A stretch of 64,000 nucleotides of DNA from a bacterium (GTDB taxonomy: Bacteria; Bdellovibrionota_C; UBA2361; CALJRW01). This document shows, one piece after another, positions 58,037-64,000 of the stretch (positions are counted from its first letter, which is position 1; each line of letters begins with the position of its first letter). Position numbers and translations under genes: made by a program. The stretch is taken from positions 1 to 64,000 of the forward strand of contig JANNBC010000010.1 of assembly GCA_031385045.1 (NCBI GenBank), in the 5' to 3' direction. The notes under the pieces are model-generated. The model made no database searches. It was not told the DNA's origin and saw nothing but the letters and a program-made list of their open reading frames with translations.

Positions 58037-59337
58037 GCTTTACTGTGTAAATCTTGGATTAAGGTTTTTGCTAAAGCTATGGTTTCTGGTCGTAGCTCTG
58101 GTACCGCGATACTCTCCCAAAGTGTTCCTTTGCGGAGTGGGCCAATAGTATAAAGATTCGTTACATTTTCTCTGGCGCCAAGAATTCGTCCAACATGATC
58201 TGTCTTAAATCCTAATTTGAGATCATCAATTTGAGCGTAGCCAGAATTTAAGATGCTAGCGATTAGTGGTGATGTTTGAGTAGAAAGACTTTGTGAGCCA
58301 CTGCAATTCATAATTTGATCAGTAATGAGTGAGGTATTATTTTTAAATTTAATAATTGCTTGGCTCTGATCTTTGGTGCTAGTAATTTCTAAAATCCGAC
58401 CTCGCTTAATGATTAGACGACCATCTGATTTTAAAGTTTCTAAGGTGTTAGCAAGTGTTGGTGCTAGTCGATGTCGAGCAACGTCCCAGTAGGGGCGAAG
58501 GTGGCGAATAAATTGTTTTTGAAGAGTGAGATCCCAAGCTTGCCAAGTCTCTTGAGTAATCGGCCTTAAACTATCAATAACAGATCTCCAGTCATTTGTT
58601 CCAATCTGTTGCTTAAAGTGTCTTAGCATTAATAGTGGTGAGCATACTGGCCCATCCCAGTTCATCGGGTGTTGGTTCAGATCGTGGGACATCGGTGTTA
58701 GGCCTCTTCTTGAGACTAAGGTAATTTCTCCTTGGTAATTCTGATTAAAGAGTTCCCAGACGATATCTACTGCAGTTAGCCCGGTCCCAATAATTGTGAT
58801 CTGTTTGTTTTTTAAAAGTGACTGAATTACTCCAGGCTTCCAGGGATCGTTTTGAATGAAATGCTTAGCCGGATTTGAATTAAAGGAGCTTGGTGGAAAG
58901 TTGCCTAGCGCTAAAACTACTAGCTTGCAGTGCAGAGTTTTTGAGGCAAGTTTAACATCCCAAATATTTTGATTTTTGCTAATTGCTAAAGCTTCTCCTT
59001 CAATCAGGTGAGTACCAGCTAGTTGAGACTCGGCAGTAATTTTTTGAAGATAAATTAAATAATCTTGGCGACGTGCAAAGGCCTGATCTTGTAGGGGGCA
59101 ATTTTGGTCTTTAACGAATTTTGAAAAATTTTCTGAGTCGTCGACTAGTGCTGACATTTTCCAGTGAGGCACATTTAAAACAGCGCTACTTGTTGCTTGG
59201 CTATAGGCCAGGCCACCTAAGTGTTTCGCAGGATGAATAATTCCAACTTTCATATTGGGTGCCAAGGTTTTTACGTGGTAACTTAAAAGTATTCCAGAAA
59301 ATCCTCCGCCAATTATGATTAAATCAAATATTTCCAT
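58033..59337 (-). CDS. FAD/NAD(P)-binding protein (YdhS-like)
   Basis: IIGGGFSG, GLAY, LNVP, IGTGLTAVD, RHLRPYWDVARHR, WESIAVPELR. Confidence 0.88.
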   Translation of the reverse strand: MEIFDLIIIGGGFSGILLSYHVKTLAPNMKVGIIHPAKHLGGLAYSQATSSAVLNVPHWKMSALVDDSENFSKFVKDQNCPLQDQAFARRQDYLIYLQKITAESQLAGTHLIEGEALAISKNQNIWDVKLASKTLHCKLVVLALGNFPPSSFNSNPAKHFIQNDPWKPGVIQSLLKNKQITIIGTGLTAVDIVWELFNQNYQGEITLVSRRGLTPMSHDLNQHPMNWDGPVCSPLLMLRHFKQQIGTNDWRSVIDSLRPITQETWQAWDLTLQKQFIRHLRPYWDVARHRLAPTLANTLETLKSDGRLIIKRGRILEITSTKDQSQAIIKFKNNTSLITDQIMNCSGSQSLSTQTSPLIASILNSGYAQIDDLKLGFKTDHVGRILGARENVTNLYTIGPLRKGTLWESIAVPELRPETIALAKTLIQDLHSKA

Positions 59338-59345
59338 GGTTCAGC

Positions 59346-59888
59346 CTAAGCTAAGATCGTTTCTTCCGCACCGTATACTTGCATATTTTTTAGTGGTGGA
59401 GAATATAAATGTAATGTAACTAAGCGCTCTGGCTCTGTGTTTGCGACTAAATGCACATCATCATCAATTGAAGAGACGACAGAATGCTTGGGAATAGTTT
59501 CCGATATCCTTGGAATATATTTACCACAGTTTGTTTTAGTAAATTTAATTTCTAAGCCTTGGCCTTCTAGGACCTTAATGCAGCAAACAGATCCCTGATG
59601 GTCGTGAATTCGACTAGCTTGTCCAGGCTTCCAAGTAAGGACTAGCAACTCCATGTTTTTGCCTAGGAAGAGTCGATTGCGACTGTAGTGTGTCTCGTTT
59701 TCTTCAGCAAAGATTGAATAGTCTTTTGGGGAAATGGAGGTGTCATTTAAAAAGTGATATGCTTCGTCCATGCTTAGTGGCCCTAGCTCATCACGGGCAA
59801 CTAGGTGAAGAATTAGTCTGGAGAGAGATGGGATTGAATCGAGCGGTCTGTCATTCACTTCAGTCTGCTGGGATAAAAAATTAATCAT
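59346..59888 (-). CDS. Cysteine dioxygenase-family cupin
   Basis: YSRN, W.PGQ.S.IHDH, H..N, LHLYSPP; start uncertain (59888 or 59951). Confidence 0.88.
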   Translation of the reverse strand: MINFLSQQTEVNDRPLDSIPSLSRLILHLVARDELGPLSMDEAYHFLNDTSISPKDYSIFAEENETHYSRNRLFLGKNMELLVLTWKPGQASRIHDHQGSVCCIKVLEGQGLEIKFTKTNCGKYIPRISETIPKHSVVSSIDDDVHLVANTEPERLVTLHLYSPPLKNMQVYGAEETILA

Positions 59889-59992
59889 GACTAACTTAGT
59901 ATTATTTATTTTTACTTTCGTCAAGATAGTAAAATTTATTGATTGAATCAATTTCTCAATCTTTTAAGTAATCGATTAGTTTTTATTAATAA

Positions 59993-60388
59993 CTAAAGCA
60001 GGTCAGCAATTGTCTTTTTTTCAAGAATCTCAGCTAGTTGATTGCGGATATCTTTAAATACCTTGAGTGCTTTCTTATTTTTTTCTAGGGGGGTACTGAC
60101 ATAGTGAAACTTACTTACGGAGCTAGATGGCGCTAGCATTTCATCGAAAATTCTAATAATTTCTGCTAGGGTAATAGTATTTGCTGGTCTAGCTAGCAGG
60201 AAGCCTCCTCCACGGCCAAGAACAGATGTAAGAATTTTATTTTTTTTTAGTTCGGAAAAAATTTGTTGTAAGAAAAAAGCTGAAGTACCGGAATACTCGG
60301 CTAGTTGAGTAACAGAGCAGGAATGATTGATGCGTGCTAGTTCAGTTAAGGCAATAATTGCATATTCGGATTTAAAAGATAATCTCAT
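59993..60388 (-). CDS. Rrf2-family transcriptional regulator without Fe-S Cys ligands
   Basis: KSEYAIIAL, FLQQIF..LK, S..GRGGGFLLARP...ITL. Confidence 0.92.
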   Translation of the reverse strand: MRLSFKSEYAIIALTELARINHSCSVTQLAEYSGTSAFFLQQIFSELKKNKILTSVLGRGGGFLLARPANTITLAEIIRIFDEMLAPSSSVSKFHYVSTPLEKNKKALKVFKDIRNQLAEILEKKTIADLL

Positions 60389-60475
60389 CGAAGGTTATAT
60401 ATACAAAAATTAAAACTTAATTTAATTTACTTAAAAATACGCTTAACTACTAGGCTTAATTTTTGTTTTTGAAGT

Positions 60476-60689
60476 TATACTAAGCGACATTGAAAATTAC
60501 CAAAAATATAAAGGCGTTTAGTATATTAAATGCAAAGCACTTGAAGCGACCCTTGGGGTCGCTAAGGTACTCAGCCTTATTTTATAAGGCTGAGTACTAG
60601 GGAAGACGAATATACTAAAACCCAAAACACTGAAAAATCTATTAGATTTTTCCAAGCTGTTAGTAAAAAACCAATGGGTTTTAGTATAT
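60476..60689. repeat. 214-bp composite MITE-like element: two TATACTAA...TTAGTATA units enclosing two GC-rich hairpins
   Basis: Unit A 60476-60525, unit B 60610-60689; hairpins agcgacccttggggtcgct and gtactcagccttat-ttt-ataaggctgagtac. Confidence 0.8.
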
Positions 60690-60955
60690 CTTCTTTTCCC
60701 AAATAGCTTTAGTTAATAGTTCCTATAAATACTACTAGTTAAGTTTTTGAGAAACATTATATCGTGAGCTTAATTATTACTGATGCTTTGATTCCAGTAG
60801 AAATCCAAAAACTTAATAGAGTGGTGTACTTGGCTAGTTTTCATAGTCATTTAGAGGTAGTGTTTTGGCAACATGGCCAGAACTCAAAAATAGTTGCTGG
60901 CCAAACGTTCTTATTATATGTTGATTTATCTATATCTAATGCTTTTTGATGAGTT

Positions 60956-61443
60956 ATGGCAAAGCCTAAATTAATTATTTTACATCGCAGTTTATATGCT
61001 GATTTAAAGCCTACCTACTGTTTTTAGTTAGCCTGATTGCTGCGATTTATTTTACCGCAATTTATCCGCTTGGCATGCAACCGCTAACGCTTTTTGGAAT
61101 GACTTTGGAGTTTTCAGTCTTTTCTTTAATTTCTCTTTTTTGTTTTATCGCTTTAGTTCAAAAGGTTTTAAATTCCAAATACTATATCGGGGATAGTTAT
61201 GTTCGTTCAGTTCATGGACGTTTATCCTTCCAAAGAAAAGATATTCGAATTGATTTTGTTAATATCAAGGGGATTGAAATTAACGCCAGTCTCTATGATC
61301 GAATATTTAACATTGGTACAGTACTGATTGGGAGTAGTACTGGTGGAGGAATTTATGTTAGCTTTGAAAAAGTTAAAAACCCTGGGCGCATTCGTAATCT
61401 AATAGAATCTCAGATGCAACAAAGAATTAATCAATCCTCTTAG
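60956..61443 (+). CDS. Membrane protein with bacterial PH domain, split by a -1 frameshift near 61003-61009
   Basis: ATG 60956 frame stops at 61027; the -1 frame is open from 61003 through a TM segment into ORF 61075-61443 (I.F.NIKGIE...YDRIFNIGTV.I). Confidence 0.65.
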
Positions 61444-61451
61444 TTTTAATT

Positions 61452-62597
61452 CTAGAGGATAGTGTCAGTAATAACTTCTTTTTTCACTTGGATTGCTTCT
61501 TTGAAGATGTAGGTAGCGACTGGTAAGCATAAGACTAGCCCCCAGATTCCAAAGAGCTTGCCACTAACGGTCAATAATATTAATACGACAATTGTATTCA
61601 GTCGCAAGTGATGACCAAAGATCCGCGGGTTAATAACATAGGCTTCTAGTAAGTGGATAATCCAAATTAAGGCAATTGTTAAGAGCATTGTTGGGAAACC
61701 GCCCGATTCCAAGGCTAATAAGCAGATTGGTACCGAGCTTAAAAATACTCCAGCAATTGGGATGAAGCTACAGAAGAAAACAATCAAAGAGATAAACGCG
61801 ATTTCTCCGCGAATGTTAATAATCCAAATTCCGATTGCCGTCATTAGAGTATTGAGAATAGCAATGAAGAATTGAGCTTGAAAAGCTTTTCCAAGAGTTT
61901 TCCCAAAGCTATAGATACTATTAGAAACTTCCTCGTAAACAAACCTTAGCTTGGTTTGACGTAAAGAACGTGTGCCTTGGGTTAGTTTTGGTAAGTCCAG
62001 TACAATTAAGAATGAGAAAAGTAGTGATAGTAAAAACGAAGAACTAATTGCTAGAAGGACTGAGCCAATATTCTTCGCTGCATCCAATGACTTTTTTAAA
62101 GAGTTCCCCGGATTCTCTTCGCCGACACCAATTAATGGTTGTAGAAAACTTGCTAAGGTTGAATGTTTGAAGTCCCAATCTGTTTGTTCTGGATCTATCT
62201 GCTGAACGTCAGGTAGGAGTTCTGCAAAGATTGGATAGGTGTTTTTTATTCTGACTAACTCTGCGTCTAAGGTTTTGGCATAGGTTGAAAAGTTATTCAC
62301 AAAGCCAATCGCCTGTTCTTTCACGTTTGGAAAGAACAGTGCTCCAACCATTACAATTAATGATAGAAAAACAATTCCCACTACTGTCACTCTAATCGGG
62401 CGATTACTAATCCAGGGCTTTAGACGATCAACAGCATGGGACTGGATATAAGCAAATATAAACGTTAGGAACATTAATAAGAAAAACGAGCGTAGTAAGA
62501 ATACAATACCAAACAGTCCTCCCCAAACAGTTAGTCGGGATAGAAAAGAAAGAATTAGTTCTGTTTTATTTGTTTTGCTAATGTTTGTTCGTTCCAT
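61452..62597 (-). CDS. AI-2E family transporter
   Basis: SFIPIAGVF, IHLLEAYVINPRIFG, FGIWGLVLCLP. Confidence 0.92.
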   Translation of the reverse strand: MERTNISKTNKTELILSFLSRLTVWGGLFGIVFLLRSFFLLMFLTFIFAYIQSHAVDRLKPWISNRPIRVTVVGIVFLSLIVMVGALFFPNVKEQAIGFVNNFSTYAKTLDAELVRIKNTYPIFAELLPDVQQIDPEQTDWDFKHSTLASFLQPLIGVGEENPGNSLKKSLDAAKNIGSVLLAISSSFLLSLLFSFLIVLDLPKLTQGTRSLRQTKLRFVYEEVSNSIYSFGKTLGKAFQAQFFIAILNTLMTAIGIWIINIRGEIAFISLIVFFCSFIPIAGVFLSSVPICLLALESGGFPTMLLTIALIWIIHLLEAYVINPRIFGHHLRLNTIVVLILLTVSGKLFGIWGLVLCLPVATYIFKEAIQVKKEVITDTIL

Positions 62598-62684
62598 AAT
62601 ATCTTACATTGAAGCATAATATTTTTAATTACAAAAGGTATGCTGTTAGTAAAAAAATCATACTTATAGTAGTACTGCAATTCT

Positions 62685-64000
62685 ATGCAAAATAGTTACG
62701 ATCAACTTATTTACAATAGTTATCCCCGTCCCGAGACGCATCCGGCGCATTTAGCCACGATTGCCGAGCTTCTGGGTCTTACTGCTCCAGCCTTAAAGGC
62801 GATGCGTATTTTAGAGTTAGGTGCTGGAACTGGTGGTAATTTAATACCTTTAGCGGAGCGTTTTCCTGAAAGCTATTTCTTAGGAATAGATTTATCAGCG
62901 AAGCAAGTGGCCTTTGGTCAGAAGCAGATTACGGCTTTAGGTTTAAATAATATTGAACTTCGAGAACAGAGTATTTTAGATTTCCCAGAAGACGCTGGTG
63001 CTTTTGATTATATTATTTGTCATGGTGTTTTTTCTTGGGTTGCTACCGAGGTTCAAGATAAGATTTTAGAAATATTTTCTAAGCATTTAACAACTGAGGG
63101 ATTGGGCTACCTTAGCTATAATACGCTTCCTGGTTGGCGCATTAATGGTGCTGCTCGTGAAATGATGCAATATCATGTCAGTGAAATTGAAACTCCAGAG
63201 GAGCAGGTTCAGCAAGCTAAAGCCTTAGTTCAGTTCTTAGCAAATAGCCAAGTGCTCCCAGATTCGCCATATGCGCAATTTTTGCAACAATTATCTGCCG
63301 AGCTAAAAGATGTACCACCTTATTATTTATTTCATGAGTATTTAGAAGCTGAGAATCAAGCTTTCTATTTCCATGAGTTTATTTCTAAATTGGACGCTAC
63401 CCAATTAGCTTATGTTGGAGATGCTCATTTTGCTTTGATGTCCTTAGTCGATTTACCAGAAGTAACTCAGCAGATTTTAACTGGCTTGGATGATCGTTTA
63501 AAGCTAGAGCAATACTTAGATTTTATTCGTAACCGTAAGTTGCGGGAGAGTATTATTTGTCATGCAGGCCGGGAGATTCAGTCGCCCGTTTCTTTGGGGC
63601 GCATTAAGCAATTATATTGTTCGGCAGATTTAACAATGGTTGAGTCGCTTTTTACAGAGGAGGTGACAGTTTTTAATTCTGAAAATGGTGGTGAGTTAAG
63701 TACGGCGAACCCAGTTACAATTGCAGCTTTAAAAACTTTAAGTGCCATCTGGCCAGAACAACTAAGATTGGATTTGCTAACTCAAAAGGCAGTTGCAGAA
63801 GTTGCTATTTTTATACCTAGTGCTGAGTTACCAGCACTGACTGGGCAGTTCCAAGAAGAAATGTTTTATTACTATTCTGGAAATCTTCTAGATTTTAGAT
63901 CTACTGAGTTTCTTGCTACTCGCCAGATTGACGGCTCTCCCAAGGCTACGCCACTTGCTCGCTATCAGGCTGTTAGGCAGGGTAATGTAACTTCCTTGCG
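62685..64000 (+). CDS. Class I SAM methyltransferase with regulatory domain; 3' end runs off the window
   Basis: Manual translation MQNSYDQLIYNSYPRPETHP...RILELGAGTGGNL...GIDLS...FDYIICHGVFSWV...SYNTLPGW...YLFHEYLE. Confidence 0.9.
   Translation, partial: MQNSYDQLIYNSYPRPETHPAHLATIAELLGLTAPALKAMRILELGAGTGGNLIPLAERFPESYFLGIDLSAKQVAFGQKQITALGLNNIELREQSILDFPEDAGAFDYIICHGVFSWVATEVQDKILEIFSKHLTTEGLGYLSYNTLPGWRINGAAREMMQYHVSEIETPEEQVQQAKALVQFLANSQVLPDSPYAQFLQQLSAELKDVPPYYLFHEYLEAENQAFYFHEFISKLDATQLAYVGDAHFALMSLVDLPEVTQQILTGLDDRLKLEQYLDFIRNRKLRESIICHAGREIQSPVSLGRIKQLYCSADLTMVESLFTEEVTVFNSENGGELSTANPVTIAALKTLSAIWPEQLRLDLLTQKAVAEVAIFIPSAELPALTGQFQEEMFYYYSGNLLDFRSTEFLATRQIDGSPKATPLARYQAVRQGNVTSL

Noticed and set aside
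60764..60949. 61-aa ORF upstream of the PH-domain gene
   Set aside because: GTG start without SD and no recognisable features; probably spurious
2168..62205. Many short ORFs nested in or antisense to longer genes (e.g. 4749-5051, 17989-18381, 42136-42555, 45769-46026, 53371-53634)
   Set aside because: Fully overlap well-supported genes and show no independent motifs

Overview
AT-rich chromosomal window from a Gram-negative, type IV-piliated bacterium. Gene content (mlaEFDC, pilD, several pilins, Hanks kinases, DUF6178-like gene) suggests a deltaproteobacteria-like or Bdellovibrionota-like lineage; this is inference only. The centre (about 17-46 kb) is mostly housekeeping: sdaA, lepB, ygfZ, ccmH, pilD, mla, rlmE, tkt, argG/argH, rpiA, fumC, infC. 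Both flanks are accessory. Main leads: (1) a three-gene operon joining an Lgt paralog, a small membrane protein ending in a lipobox-like Cys, and a Tes/GDGT-MAS(MJ0619)-like radical SAM enzyme; (2) a pilin locus with two intact pilins between two complementary halves of a split pilin that one inversion would rejoin, with an IS4 remnant at one junction; (3) an inverted pair of related TATACTAA...TTAGTATA MITE-like elements bracketing about 5.8 kb, plus a second palindromic mosaic repeat; (4) an ECF sigma / anti-sigma-vWA gene with an internal SD+ATG; (5) a Hef-like helicase beside a RecJ-like nuclease; (6) a candidate -1 frameshift site. Features absent from the ORF track: a collagen-like gene, pilin remnants, a 35-aa ORF and a methyltransferase. 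No rRNA, tRNA, CRISPR array, integrase or reverse transcriptase was recognised. All family calls come from reading motifs, not from database searches.
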